Source of the DNA: Catajapyx aquilonaris
Lineage: Eukaryota
Length of the DNA: 64,000 bases
Assembly (NCBI GenBank): GCA_000934665.2
Contig: KZ538698.1
Coordinates: 1-64,000, forward strand
Direction of reading: 5' to 3'
Shown here: piece after piece, positions 12,301 through 27,523 of the stretch
Position numbering within the stretch: position 1 is the stretch's first letter
Layout of the letters: each line of letters opens with the position of its first letter
Translations under genes and position numbers: made by a program
Notes under the pieces: generated by a model
The model's input: only the letters and a program-made list of their open reading frames with translations
Told to the model about the DNA's origin: nothing
The model's database searches: none

Positions 12301-13657
12301 CTGTCTATTCAACTCTCAGGACAAACTGCAGTATAGCCAGCAGGCGAGTCTCGATCTAACATGCCTTCCTCACAAATTGCAGTCTAATGTAACTTTGTTA
12401 TAACAACAGGTCAACAGATAACAATCATCTCAGCTTAACTGTCATGACACTGAATAGACACTGATAATACAGTAATTGACAATCCCGTATAATATCCGGC
12501 AACTACAGTATTCCGTTCCCGGAAGTAACTCTGCCGTCAAGTCAGCTGTCAACCCCCTGCAGCAAAACTAATAACAAGCTTTTCATAGACACTGTACTGT
12601 CCGTATAAAATAAATCCTTCCAGGATATTACGAGTATACGGAACATCACTTGACATTTTCATTTACAGCCTAGTATACTTGCATTCACCACACGCCCAAA
12701 AAAGAACATAATTATTGTCTATATGAACTTACATAATTATACACCACCAATATTACTATACCCGGTAGATTCGGCCACATAAACAGGCTAATTGTTACGT
12801 AATAAACATTAATTCGATTGGCACTAAGTTTTAACTTGAAAAAAAAAGTGATGCCCGAGCCTCGATCGCTGCAGTCCAGGCTGTCAACTGCGCCAAGTTA
12901 GGCGCCAGGCCGAAAGGTTGTTTACATCGATCAACAATTGAAAGTTTTCCACATTGGAACGCCTTCTGCCGGTCGGCACCCCGTCAGGAAAATTGACTGA
13001 GCAGGGTGTGGCAGACACCTGAAACTTTTACCCTGGCACTCCTTCACCACACCACCTACCCTCTCATGTTCTGATCCCAAAAGGAATTCCAGATTGGCGT
13101 CAGATCATGGCGGCCAAGCCACAAGCGGCATGTACAAGTATTCAAGCAACTTTTTCATCCCGAGCACGTAAGTACTAGCCTTATCACACACCCACACTCA
13201 TCAGCACCAACTTTTATAACCAAGGAATGTTAAAAGCAACCATAAACCCAACAATGGTTCCCGGTCTTTGACCCATAGACGCCCAGCTATTGTCGTAAAA
13301 AGTATAATTCTGGTTTGTATCATAGCACTTGGTGAAGGCATGGCTTGTTTAGTGCCCAATATGTACTATCACGACCGCAAAGGTGGAGATGATGCATGTT
13401 GCTAGGCTCCAACGAGTTTGTCACTGTGAAATGGAAGTATACCGGCGGGTATTTCAGTAGCATATACGGTACTCGTACGTGCAATACTACGTTCAGTTAG
13501 AATGTTAGACAGTTTACTTTACCAACTTTTGCTTATCCAGTGTTGAAGCTGAGGCTTATACAGTCATCAACATAATCTCATGGTATAGCCTGCAACACCG
13601 AATGGATCTTAATTCTCATTATTTTTTGGCTTGGTGTTTAATATTGGCGTTGCAAAT

Positions 13658-13983
13658 GGGGAGACGGAGTGGCGCCGCGGTAACGCGCGCGCCCACGAAA
13701 GTTAAGGTCCCGGGTTCAATCCCCACCCGGGTTCCCACCTTCTTTCGTGCAGAGTTGGGCCATCTCTGGCTTCGTTTCGGGTGGCAATTTCCGATAGACT
13801 AAGCCACCCGGGGGAGTTCACAAAATGACGATTAGAGACATTGCACTTGCACTTTGCACATCCCCTCCCACCCACCCTTGGAGTACACTAATTAAGATCT
13901 TCTTAAACTCGCTCCAAAAATCAAATTCCAATGGTGGTAACCCACCCCCCCTAAGGAGTAGCATAACTCCCCCCGTGGGGTAA

Positions 13984-14052
<69 letters not shown>
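13658..14052 (+). mobile_element. tRNA-derived SINE (family A2) with (AT)n tail
   Basis: B box GGTTCAATCCC; 17-bp TSD ATATTGGCGTTGCAAAT (13641-13657, 14053-14069); near-identical to 41851-42202. Confidence 0.9.
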
Positions 14053-14059
<7 letters not shown>

Positions 14060-15087
14060 CGTTGCAAATATTATTATTGCTGATGTACGATACAAGTGTG
14101 TGTATATTGTACTCATATAGTGTGTTGTTGTTTTTATTAACACAGTGTGGCCAGCAAAACCATATGCATAGAAGAGATTGTTTGAGTATGAATCGTCAAG
14201 TCTGCTGTGATACTAACGGATACTAAAATAATCTTCACGAAAAAAAGCGCCCCTGGGCACCAAAGGAATTGAAAAATTACTAAGCTAAAGAGAAAATATT
14301 TGATTAAGAAGTGATTTGTTCGAATCGTCAAGAGAATGTGAATTTTATTTGCATTCCTGTTTGTGGGACCAAATCGGTCGTTTCAGTGACATTCTTCAGT
14401 GTTCGGAGGCCAGTTAGGCTTGCAGGACATTCAGTATGCACAGTACTGCTTCCTTTACTGAATAGATCGTACAGTGCAGTTAAGCCACATTTAATAGAGT
14501 ACAGACGTAAACATTACTTGCAAAAAATATCATTCCAACCATATTAGCATAATTTATACATGTACAGTATACATTCACAGTTGAGATGGAGGCATGTAAA
14601 TAAATGGTACCGCAATTCTATATTTTCTCATTTTAAAAAACTAATTTTTTAATGAAAGTGTTCCAACAATGATAGAAATAAAGTACCGGTACAGGCTTCG
14701 TTATTTCTTTTCAACAAAATATACAGACTCATTTGTACAATGTTGCCTCAGTGTCTCTCAAATTTTTTGCAATAGTCTTCTTGTGGAACATGGTTCAGTG
14801 CGTACTCTAAATGCTTCCCCATGATTTAACTGCCTCCTTTTTGACACCCGATGGGGTGTTTTAAATGAAGACTATAAGGAGATGGTAGTGACTGGGGGCA
14901 AAGTATATAGGGAGGAGAGGTAGAGGTGTTGGGTGAATACCTCTGAAGTGTGTCTCAAATACCTTTGGTAACTTATATATTACCACTTCCATACCAGTTG
15001 TACGATGGTATTTTCTCTACATTGATCATACTCTCGGATTTCGAAATACGTATAATCCCGGAAGACTCCAAAAGAAAGTGCTGGAAA

Positions 15088-18000
15088 ATGGAGAAAGACG
15101 TGAGTTGTGTGGGAGAGGAAATATTTCTGCAATGTAGTGTGAATTTCTTTGTCGTAAAACTTAGGAGACGTACAAAACTTCGATTAATCATAAGAACTTC
15201 ACTTAATGATATTCGTATCGTTCCCAAACTAGCTCTAGCACTATTTGTTGAATATTAATTAGCCCCTTCTAGCACTTCTCCAGACCTGTATCCCGTTCCC
15301 CGCACTGATTATTATCACAGTACTTTCTCATGCCCTATACATTTAAAATTCATTTCTAATCATTGGCCCCCTTTATGGCACATTTCATTGGTTTACCATT
15401 CTTCTTTTGAGAAGGCACAAAAGTAGCTTTTCTATGCATTTTCCTGTGAATGCAGGAACTACTGTTGACTTTAAATTGTATATTAAATTTAAATGCACAT
15501 TGTACCTTTTCAGTATAGTTATTGCCTGCTCAGAAAAGAGGGCATAAGATTAGTTACCTCTTTTCATAAGCAACGAGGCTAAGAGTGTACACTGTACTGT
15601 ACAGTATTGTCAGTATATAATTTCTTCGATTATTTCCACCATTTCAATCGCTTTCATTTTGCCCAAAGTCCAACATGCCAAATGTTGACACTACCCACAC
15701 CAAGCCAGGCCATTTGCCCAAAATTCCTCTTTTGCCCCTAAATGTATGCGCCTAGGCCTAGCTCTCGTAGAGAAGACTAAAGGTGCCCACGGGAGACGTT
15801 GGCTCCTTTCCAGATTCGACGAGTTTGGGAGCAGGAAGGAGGTTAGCGAGCTTGGACGAATTGCAACAGGCTGAAAGGACGAAGGGAAAGGAGTGGAAGG
15901 AAGACGTTTGCAGGCGGATGGAAGGATGCCTTCGACTCAGGGAGGACCAGCTCCGGAGACTAGAGAAGGATTTCTGCTTCAATTTGCGCCTACTGGGGGA
16001 AAGGGATCGGCAGTTTCAGGCTTGTGAACGTCATGTCAAAGGTATTTCTGCTTGTAACGATCAAGTCAATTGTTGTGCAGTGGCATCAGGGAGTCAATAT
16101 GAAACCAAAACTAACGATAGAAAATACACAGCTGCGGAAAACTGTTTGATATAATGGGTAAATTCTTAAGAAAACCATTGCAATGAATCTTGTATGGACT
16201 ATCACGTTAATCCATGTAAATTCAAAGTTGGCCAATGTTACAAACGTATGTGTCGGTCGTTGGGTAGCACACAAAAGCTTGAAACGTGTCGTCATCTGCG
16301 AGGGAGACTTTTGCTGTGACCAATAACGATAATAATAAATAGAATAGCCTATTTGCACATAGGCATAGAGGGAATTGATTTCAGAGATGTTCACTAGTTC
16401 TTTGTTTACTCTTCTATTCTTCTACTTAAAAAAAATAAATACGGAGTGTGAGGTGGGAGTCAGGAAAAAGGGCGCTTCGATATAGCTATCGCCACAGTCG
16501 GAATCTTCTTTACGCATGCGTGGTCTATCGCAGCTGAATATGTAGAGAACGTTGCCATCAAAACCTTAAGAGAGATTTGAAAGAAAAAGTTGGGCAGGCT
16601 AAAGTCACTGATGTTGAAACCCTGGATTTTTATAGTTGATATGCCTCGGATTTTTTTTAAACAAGATGAAACTTCAGAAAGTAGCTTATTTGACATTTTC
16701 GAACTTCCACAGCTTCACCAGAGCAACCTCCCATATAAAAGCGAGGAGCGAAGCTATCCTTCTGAATATGTAGAGGGTAAACTCTATCAGTAATGCCGAA
16801 AATGCACTTGTGAACTTTATATCGAAAACAAGTAGCAAAGTAGAAGGGTCTGATTCTCTTATGATCTCAGTCTGGTAACATATAGCACTGTCACCATAAC
16901 TCCTGCAGTAGAAACATTATTGTCCATTGCTTTGGAACTTGGATATCTTTCTAAGGAACTAATTTGTGCCGAATATGTAGCCTGGATAGTCACGTCGACT
17001 GAACTATGATAAGTCGTACCGAAAATAAATTCCTGGCCATAAAATACACATACAGGGTACTGCAGTAATTTCATAATTACGAGTAGCTAACCAATTAGCA
17101 CAAAGATGACCCAGAGGTATTTTGAGGCTCAGAACTGCAATACTAGCATCTTCCAAACTGCTTAGGAGGCAAGAGAGGTCAGACCTGTGCAGCTTTGTGA
17201 TGCTCGAGTCTATACAATGGGAGAGGAGGCCAGAGTGTCCGAGCTGTGTAAAGCCGGTCAAGCCTCGCATGCTGAACATTGACTTTCTGAACAAACTGCT
17301 GGCATCTGCTAGATCTTCACGCAAATTTTGCTTCAAAGTGGCCAACCAGTCCCCTTTCACCATACAGTTCGTTACATCGGTTTGCAAGAAAAGTTTGTCA
17401 GTTTCGGAGTGTGCAAACTGACAATATCAAATAAGTTCCCCTGCCCCTCCGTTATAGAAAAAGGCGTGGCGGGGTGGGTGAGAACTTGTATATTAATGCG
17501 AGTGGATATAGTTTAAATAGGCATAAAAGCGGCCATTTGCTTCTTGACAATAATATTGTTAGGTGGCACTACTACTCGTACATGAGTCGTGACTGACTGA
17601 ATTATCTGGCACCCATATAGACATTCAATTACAAAAATGTTGTATGCAAACAGAGGCGAAAAACTGAAAACTAATTCCATTGATGGAAGGTATGCAAGTA
17701 ATTGTTATAATAACAATCTGGCATGAAAGAGTGTCGCGAATTTTTTTCCACATCAGTTGGTGGCCTCTAATGAAACAGCTTCCGGATCATTGTAGGAAAG
17801 ACGCTAGTTTTCACATTCTGTCCTGATGAATGGTATATCTCAAGTAGGTCATGTATTAACTTATCAATTGGTGTGAAACATGGCTTCTGCAGTACTGATA
17901 TGCAACAATTTTATGGTTTCTGTTAGAAACTTTTCTCGGTATCCCCAAAAAGGTTGTTTGCTACTCCGAAACAATATATCTGCAATATATTGATTACTTG

Positions 18001-21000
18001 ACCAGCCATGCGATCAGTATAAGTTAATGCTGAAGTCTTACCAGGGCTTTTCAATTACAATCCTCAGTAAACTCTGAACCTATATTTATAGTAATCAGGT
18101 GGGTTATTGAACTGATTGCACTATACTGTATGCATGTAGTGGATGTGATAAATAGAGCTATAACATGCATTCCATGAGAGAATATTATTGTAAATGAACA
18201 ATCAAATGTTGACATAATGCGGGCAAAATGTGGCCGTAATGCATGCATTTAACAGCGAGTATCACCTGCTCCCTCGATTTCTATTAGTTTAAAAATAAAA
18301 TAATAATCAGTATTATCAGCAACGCGAATGGAAAGTGGAAATACAGTATTGTGCTCGTAGTACTAACCATATGCAAGGAACGGAAATTTAACGTGCCTTC
18401 GCTTTGAGGGATGGTATAAGGTTTCTAGGCGATCATTTTAAATATAAGGATTGTGGGTCTCCGCAGCATAAAGTTACAGAGATAATGGACGGTAAACAGA
18501 AGGGAAGGGGTTAACCACTTTGGTACTCCGGTGTACACCTGTAGTGGTATACCCCAGGTACTCCTTAATATCTTACTCTTTGGTACTCCGGTGTACACCT
18601 GTAGTGGTACTACCAGCCTACCAGGTACTCCTTAGGTATCTTACTCTTTGGTAGGCCTATTTCTTGGCACTCCATGAATTTTGGTACTCCAGTGTACACT
18701 TTATACAGTCGAGTGGTTAACCTCTTGACAGAAGGTATGAAATATCATGGCACGTATGCGTCCCTCCACGCGACCTTACTTTTTCCATTTCAGTAAGGTG
18801 TTTCCATGCAACTTAAATTTAAGATATGATCCCATAAGGCGTAGCAGGCTATGGCCTATAGGCGATAGAAGTGTCGTAGGCTGTATACATAGACACTAAG
18901 TACATATACATATTATCCTGCAATGCTCTGACGGAGCCAAGCACAAAATCATTGAAACTCATCCTGGTTCAGCAACACAGGCTGTTCCTCCATCCAACTC
19001 CGTCCGCGACAATTTCCGGAACCTCATCTTTGAGCCGTGGAATCAACCGGGAGTAATCAGTGGTAGGCATTACATACTAACGCCATTCCCCGCAACAATA
19101 GCATAGAAGCTCGACCCGCATGCCTGTGCAGTTCACCAACAGACATACCGCTGGCAGGGGCCACTGCTCTCCTAACCGTTGTCCCCCCCCCCTCCACAGA
19201 ACACACACGGAGCCCGGTTACGACCAATGNNNNNNNNNNNNNNNNNNNNNNNNNNNNNNNNNNNNNNNNNNNNNNNNNNNNNNNNNNNNNNNNNNNNNNN
19301 NNNNNNNNNNNNNNNNNNNNNNNNNNNNNNNNNNNNNNNNNNNNNNNNNNNNNNNNNNNNNNNNNNNNNNNNNNNNNNNNNNNNNNNNNNNNNNNNNNNN
19401 NNNNNNNNNNNNNNNNNNNNNNNNNNNNNNNNNNNNNNNNNNNNNNNNNNNNNNNNNNNNNNNGGGGGGGGGAAGAGAGAGAGAGAGAGAGAAGTTCCTA
19501 GGAAACATCACACGAGTCTCTCTTGGGGTATATGCTACTAAATAGCTATATTCCAACCGCACTTTCAGGGAGGGATAGACTTAAGCAAAGCTGAAAAGCG
19601 ATCTCTACGTGGGTCATTTACCGTCCGTTTGATGTCACAGCGTAATAATCACCTTGTGTCATGCGGATTTTCCACTTCTACACTCCTTCTACTACTCGGT
19701 GTGCCAAAGCAGGTGCCACCACATTCATGGAAAAATGTGACGGGTTGTCACATCGATCATATTGGGGAAAGATATTCCTAAAGAATAGAATAAGGAAGGA
19801 TTTCAAAATTCGGGCCAAAGTTCAGCTCTCTTACTCTCTCTCTCTCCCACTCTTTCCTACTCTTAATAATATTCTTCTCTGCAAGTCGTCAGACTTGGAG
19901 GTGCCTTGAATTCGTTAAGGTGAACAAAGGATTCGATTCCTTCCAGGCAAGGAAGAGCAGAGAGTGAACGGTAGTGCCTACAGCTATCTGTTAATGGCAG
20001 GAGGAAGATATAGCTAGAGACGTCGGGAAAATAATCATTGTATACTGCACTTTTATGGTTAAGGAGTATGATCAAAATCCGCTCAGAAAGTTGGACGGAT
20101 TGTGGTATAAGGGCTCGTAAAAGTCTTGCGGGTAGTTCAAAGAAAGAAATGTTGGCCCTTATAGAATGAATTCAGATATAAAGGACACTTGCTCGATTTT
20201 TCTCTCGATTTAAAACTGTACTCGTAGCATATTTTTCACCTCTGCATCGCTATCATATTAACAGTCGATTTCCTTGATAAATTGAAAGCATTATGGAACA
20301 CCAGGGTATATATTTGCATCCCAACGAAAATAGTGGGTCAAGTGGGAGCATAGTGCAAAAAAGTAGCCATTGATCGGCTCGTACTCGTGGAATGGCTGAT
20401 CTTTATACGATCTCCATGAGGCCACCCAGTTTTGACTTGAGAGGTCAATAAATTTCTAATTCCACACGATGATATATGGCTTCCATGTAGTTCTAATCCA
20501 TATTTTTCGTTCACGTCGATTCAGACTGTGAGGTGCCGTCCAGGGCTGTATGAGTTACTGTGCAATCATGTCGAGGCTTTATCTGCTTACGTTAGTACTC
20601 ATATAATGCATCATCCGCCGACAACATTTACGTAACTAAACCTAAACATTCATAAACACTGCCCCATTTTTGAATGTCCACCACATAAATCGCATAATAT
20701 CTGAAATGGGGCAGAGATAAACTCTGTGTTAGCCCATAGTGTGTAAGACCCAGTGATGCAAACTGTGCTAAAGCACGAAACTATTGTTACGACCACTCTA
20801 GTACAGTATATATCTACAAACACTTCGAACTCTATCAGTATATACTGTACTAATTGCAGTTGATTGGTTGTACTGTCCAGTAAGGTCAAGGCGGTTCACC
20901 TCCAAGCAGGCAATTGACATTGCTTGGTCCGAAGGAATCCTATAGCATCACTCTCCGAGCTTGATAGATTGAGAAGCCTACGCTTTCCTACTCCCCTAAT

Positions 21001-21409
21001 GCCACAAGTCTCAGCCTCAGGCAACTAAGCTTACTGGGGACATACTCCTAACATAATGGCATTCCCTCACAGACGGTTCGTTTCATACTCTAAGCTGCAC
21101 ATAATATAAGTAAGCTGCTGACCAGTTAATTAGAGTAGTTCAATATAATTAGGGCTATGTGTGATTCAAACAGTTTTGTAAACATTAAGAGAATATAATA
21201 CTGCTTTAAGGGATCATGTTAAACACCTTCTACAATATTAATTAGATGCCTTTTCAATGGACAACTGCAGCTTAGGCTACTACCCTACGTATGAGTTTGG
21301 ACAGAGAAATGTGAGCACTGAGTCACTGACTGCTGTGAGTGGTGCCGAATTAGTCGGTTGGAAGGAGGATTTAAATTTCTATAACTTGTGTGGTAGATAT
21401 TATATGTAC

Positions 21410-21501
<92 letters not shown>

Positions 21502-24500
21502 NACTGTATTGTGCCTCACCTTCACAAAATTAGTACCGCCGTAAATAATACATGTCGCCAGTTAGTTTGACTGCACATGTCTAACTGACAGCCAATTTAA
21601 GCAATTCTCCAACAATTTTGTAAAAATCTCTCGTGGAGTGTGTGCAGCTTTGGCTCTCTGATTTCACTGCTTGTGAACTACGTGTTAGACTGTATAGTTT
21701 TTGCATAAAAATAAATGTGTGCTGGATGAGAAGTGACTGCGATATAATAATCTATTTGCTGTGCAGAGATGCGAATGATGTTGGAGGCAAAGGAGGTTGA
21801 GACAAGTCGAGTGAAGAGAAAGTTGTCTGAATTAGAGAAAGAGGCAGAGGCCATCCGCCAGAGGGAACTGAGCACCGCAGCCATGTATCAGCGCAGACTA
21901 CAAGCCGCACAGGCGGAGCTGGCGGATCTTAAGAGGTTAGTTCAAACTTCCCCCAAGTTTATTCCCATCTCACCATCCAATAGCAGGAATGGCAAATTCC
22001 AGACCAGCATCAGGTTCTGGCTTCCCCAATCGAAATTCCTGTTCCCACCTACGAGTAGGTTCTTCGATCGGAACTGATGGGGATATATTGGTGCAATAGG
22101 GTTGCAAGTCCAGGGTGACAGTAGAGTCTTCATTATAGGAATTAGGAATGGGATCCGAACATCCCTGTAACCCACATCAATACCTTAGCGCCTAATCTAA
22201 GGGCTAAACTAAAGAGAAAATTATTGTCGGAGTGCTGTAACTCTATTGATTGCCTTAGAATAGGCAAACAACCCAAAGTGGTGATTTAACTATGTTTATT
22301 TTGTAAATTGCGCACTTTTTGGACTATATGTCGAATTATTATGAAGTATCCGCGAAGTAGGCATATAAGAAATTTTATACGGCATATAGGCCTACTATAT
22401 ATGTATCTAGCAAGACTGAGTCTCTTTTGTAAATCCATACGCATTTTTTGCAGGGGGTTACGGTGAAATATTAGTTTTGCCATGCACTATATAGGGTGCG
22501 TCAGCACGGAACAAATAGCAGCATAATATGTTGCTAGGTGACCAAAAAAAACCATCGTAAGTTCACCCAACCACACAGCATAAACGTAGTGATTTAGCAG
22601 GAAGCCCTGATTTGTAACTCCAGCAGGCTCACAAACAGAAAGCTTTATTTACTCATAACCTAAAAGCTCCGGATGTGCAGTGAAAAAAATAGTGCCTACC
22701 ATGCAGCATTATTGAATATGTCAAATGCATTCCTACGCTGAAAATTCAGTCACTAGCTGCTTTCTGCAACAAAACGAAATTTAACCTTTTTTGTGCCAAT
22801 CGAAAACTAGGACCATCACATCGGGCACATTCGCGTGTTACACCAAAACGAGGAAATAATTGTGACCGAGCGTCACAGTTACTGACCAACATGTATACAG
22901 TTTCATTGAGCAGCAAATTAACTGGCATGTATGTCGGCTCAACAATTCATGCTGTGGCATAAATAGTTAATGCAAAAGTGGAAGAGAGGTGCACAAGCAC
23001 CATGTCATGCAGTCTATGACAATATCAATATAGGAACATATAAAATACCTCACCTTCAAAATAGCTACTTGCATGTCGTATTCTCTAATCAGTATCATTT
23101 AGTGCGTAACTTTTTTTTAACTGACAATGTAACTACAGTAGATACAAGTTCCTGACATGAATACACGTCTGCATGGCGTTGTGTCACAAGAGCCCTTAAT
23201 AAGCTACTATACTGACAGCTATGGTCAACAATTCAGACATCAGTGTCCGGTAACGGGGCCCATGATCTGAAAGTGAGGCGATAAATCTTTGGCACCACCA
23301 AAAAAAAGGGAAGGACCGGAAATAATAAGAAAAGTTGGACGCAATAAAACCGTCCTCGCGCTGTCTTTGATGCTCCTTTGGCCAATGCAGTGCACAACAG
23401 CCAGAGGCACTTTTTTCCTCCTTTTCTCAGGACAGGAGCCTATTTACACTATGGCGACAGGCGTCGCTATTGTCTGGCAAAAAAAAAAGTTGCGCAAAAA
23501 AATGGTGGAAAGAGTTGAACAGGCGAATCAAGAAATGGAATCCTCCTATCCTCTCTGCACGCTATGACCCGTGAATGGAAATGAGAATCCTGAGGCTATA
23601 TCAAGCCTATCACTCTCAGTAGCCTTTTTTTGTCCCCTGGAATTTACCCCCGAAATGTAATATGGCGGGTTAAAGGGGTGTTCTGCAGAGGAAATGCAAC
23701 GTTATCAAAGGCATCGTGCGTTGTGAGAATGATGCTTGAATATGACACTGCGATGAGAGACACAAAAGATACGCAGGTTGGACCTGCCTCACACATATAA
23801 TGACTTACTGAAAATATACCTAAGACTATTATTTTCATGTCCAAAATTCACACATGTTTTCAGCGTAGCATATACTGTCCTACAAGAAATAAAATAACAC
23901 TTAGATTCATCCAAAATTGGCAAAATTGTAAACGCCTCTACTCACCAGCATAGCATCATCTATTGATCTCCTTTTCTGGCTGGTGAGTGGCATGCACTCG
24001 GGACACTTTGACTCCAATTCCGCTGCTGAACCTCGTCCACTATTTCCTGCAGACACGATCCTCATTACCTCGCCTCGGAACGACTAAAAAAGGAAATGGG
24101 GGGAAGGCCTTGTAATTCCACTAGGTAATTAGACCTGCGATAATTCGCTCCAATTAATATTCTTCTGCGTGTCGCCTGCAAGTTGAGGCGAAACAGTGGC
24201 CACGGAGGAAAACCTCTAGATGCTTGTGTTTTATTGTTTCTGTCTACCCACTTCGCCTATTCTACACTCCTACCCACCACTTGTTTTTTTTTCTGGTTGC
24301 AAGTAGAATGCATCGCACGTTCGAAATACTGTGGACCAATTAGCATTCATAACTTGCTTCACTCGATTATATTCTTCTGCAAGGGGGTAGGGGATGGGTT
24401 ACAATCTGCGTTCACATTCACCGTCTGGTGGGGATGTATAGGATGTTCAAAGCCATTTTCGGGCCCTAAACTGATTTCGTACAAACGTATTTTAAATAAT

Positions 24501-27394
24501 GGCAGATTATGGGGCTTCGCCAGACATATAGCCTACTGTATAGGCTACTCTATAGTCGATCGGATAAGCTGATACTAACTTTTGATATATGATGAAATGT
24601 CTTGTTTGTGGTTAGTGATACCATATGTCACTTAAGAATCAGTGACGTATTCACACGAAGTAATTTCAATGAATTTGAAATGAAAAAAGTGAGCAAATAA
24701 ATTAATAACTAGCTAGTTCCGCAGTTCGAACAGAAGGCGTTCTGGGCATTTACTCCACCGCACGTGAGAGTAGGAATAAAGTTTTAAAAGTGAAAAGGGG
24801 AGAAGAAAAAAAAGTTTCGAAAAGTTCTAGGTACTTTTGAAAGGCGATAAAGTCAGTTTCTGAGCTTCTTTGTCAGCACTCCTACCCTGACTCTTACTTA
24901 TTAGCAGGCCGGTAAGTTATCGCCATATTTTTCGTAGGCTACGCCAGATTAGTAGGCCCTAGCATTATTAGTAGTTTGAAAATATTTTCTCGCGGCCTGC
25001 TCAATTAAATTTTCGAGTTATACAAAAAGGTTACGAGAAAAAGTAGCCTAATTAAGAACTTATATAATATATAAGAACTTATATAAGAAGCCTGTAAGAA
25101 GCAATTAAATGAAACAGGTTTGTTTAAAGTTGCTTTCCAATATTTTGCCAGTTACATTTTTCAAGTCATGAATACAGTCGTTGGCCCAATAAGGTGACAC
25201 ATTTTTAAAGGTCTTCACCGGGTTTGTGTTCATTCCAGTCCTTCTAAAGGCAAAGAATTCTTCCTACCCCTATCTTTATTTCTTCACCTTCCCTCAATAG
25301 ATCGGAGGCAATTTCTTCCTTTCTTTGCTGGACTACTGTTATCCCAAAGTCCTTCTCCCTTCCCATCCGTGGGTGCCCCCCTTGCCCCATTTTCCTTCTT
25401 CTCTTCTACTTATCTTGATCACCCGAGCATGCCAAGATTGCAAATGACGAATTTTAAAGGCGATTTCCGATTCTGGATCCCTTGTGACTGTTTTTTGGGG
25501 TTGGAATAAGATAATTGTGCCTATCCACTCCCTGACCCTACCATTTCCTGGTCTTGATACCTGGCTTATAGGTCTAAGAGTATGCATAATTATTATGATG
25601 CTGCATATTATACGAGAAGATCCTACCACTGAGAAGCTGCCACTTGGTAATTTGCATTGTGTCAAGTTACCCCCAGTAAAGGATAATGCCTTTAGCATGG
25701 CATCATGCTAAAGGCATTACCCTGTACCATGGTTACTTAAACACAAACACTATGATCAACTTCAGGTGTAATATTGCAGCCTGCTAAATGGATAACGGCT
25801 CAGTGACTAACAGTAGACTAATCTACAGTTTATTATACATTGTTGGCACAATGCCATTACAATGTAAATATGAAACATAATAGCGTTGTGCCATGCATAT
25901 GACACTGTATACCGTCTGTTTTAAAGTCAACTATGATTTGTGTATGCGGTTCGTGAACAATGAACATGCTTGTCTCAAGTTGGTGTAATATATTGGCGAA
26001 GCTTCATGTCGGACTGCATGCACATCCACATGCATAATGCAATCCATCATAAAACCAATTACTACGTCAGGAATGTCCGCAAAATTTCCACAGACAAGGA
26101 TCTCCGTTGACTTTTGAAACACGTGGTATCGATCTCCTCTTGACTAATTAGATTTAAACTGCCCGCAGAATCGCAAAATATGCTAACTTCCAAAATGGTA
26201 CCAACAACACTGATGGTATCATGGAGTGACCATATCTTACCGTCTCTTCCCTCTGTTGTCACCATTAGGAAGTTCTCCGAAGAGCATACGTCGGAGCGCC
26301 GGCACCAGGAGGCGCAAATGGATGAACTGCAGGCTGCCGCGGAAGTACGAACTAGAGCTGTGGAGAACCATTGGCGAATGCTCACCTCTCAGAAGGAAGT
26401 AAAACATCAGAAGAAGAGAGAGGAGGCTGCTGGACTGAATGTCAAGGTCTACTGCTCATTTTGACTTGATTGCAAATCAATCACCACACCAGATTACTGA
26501 GATTAGGGATTTCATTTGACTACAATTGGGGAGTGTCAGACCGGATCCACGGGGTGCAGTTTTCCAGTGTTGTCCATACGGGAAAATCCACATAGCCACA
26601 TCCACATAATTCAATGGAACAAACATATTGTGTCAAATAATATATCACTTTTGACCATATTAGGCAAACTTTCGAGCAGCTTATTTAAAGAATGCGATAT
26701 GACACTACAGACCACTGGATACCTGATACCCTTCTCCAACAACTTAGATAGATTACTCACCGGTTGCTATTTCCGCAGTGTGAAATCTTATGAGGCTATT
26801 TCTCGTGGACTTTGGACCTCGTAAAAAGGTGGCTTGAAATACTTTTTATAAATTAAGCCGAGCCCCCTTACATGACAACTTTTCTGAAATTGCAGCATCG
26901 ACCTTCAGATGGTGACGTTCCACTTGCAGCAGCTTAGCTATCACAAGTTGTTATTCAACACTTGGAGCTTCTTATCATGCCGTGAGCCATACAATGTGCC
27001 ATATCATGCCTTTGTCTGGGTTTTTGGTCATTGGGTACAGGTCACCTGCACCATAAACTAAGGAAAAAGTTTTCCACATAAATAATCTCGATGATAGTAT
27101 GACTTTTTGTTTTTTTGTTATCCTTTTTTTTGTATTCTTTGGTGTTACGACTGCAAAGCAGTTCATTCGAGATATGATCAACTTACAGTTTGGTGTCATA
27201 ATAATTAGCCTACAAAAAAACTAATGCATGAATGAATTCCTACTGTGCGTGATAACACTGTGTAATTCCTGATTGTACCTATTCCATGGAATGCAAAAAC
27301 GCATTGATGGAGCCTTATCAACATTGAACTCCCAAAGGGTACTATATCTTTTTGACCCACATTTTGACTTCCAGAAAGTGATAGCATGTAATCA

Positions 27395-27456
<62 letters not shown>

Positions 27457-27473
27457 GTAGTAGTAGTAGTAGC

Positions 27474-27523
<50 letters not shown>

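Noticed and set aside
16460..17421. Overlapping ORFs in CCDC57-like intron 2
   Set aside because: Not needed for the in-frame gene model; no motifs or consistent splice phases.
18517..18700. Repeat-spacer-like array resembling CRISPR
   Set aside because: Eukaryotic context, the spacers are themselves repeated, no cas genes, and it is bounded by TTAA/TIRs.
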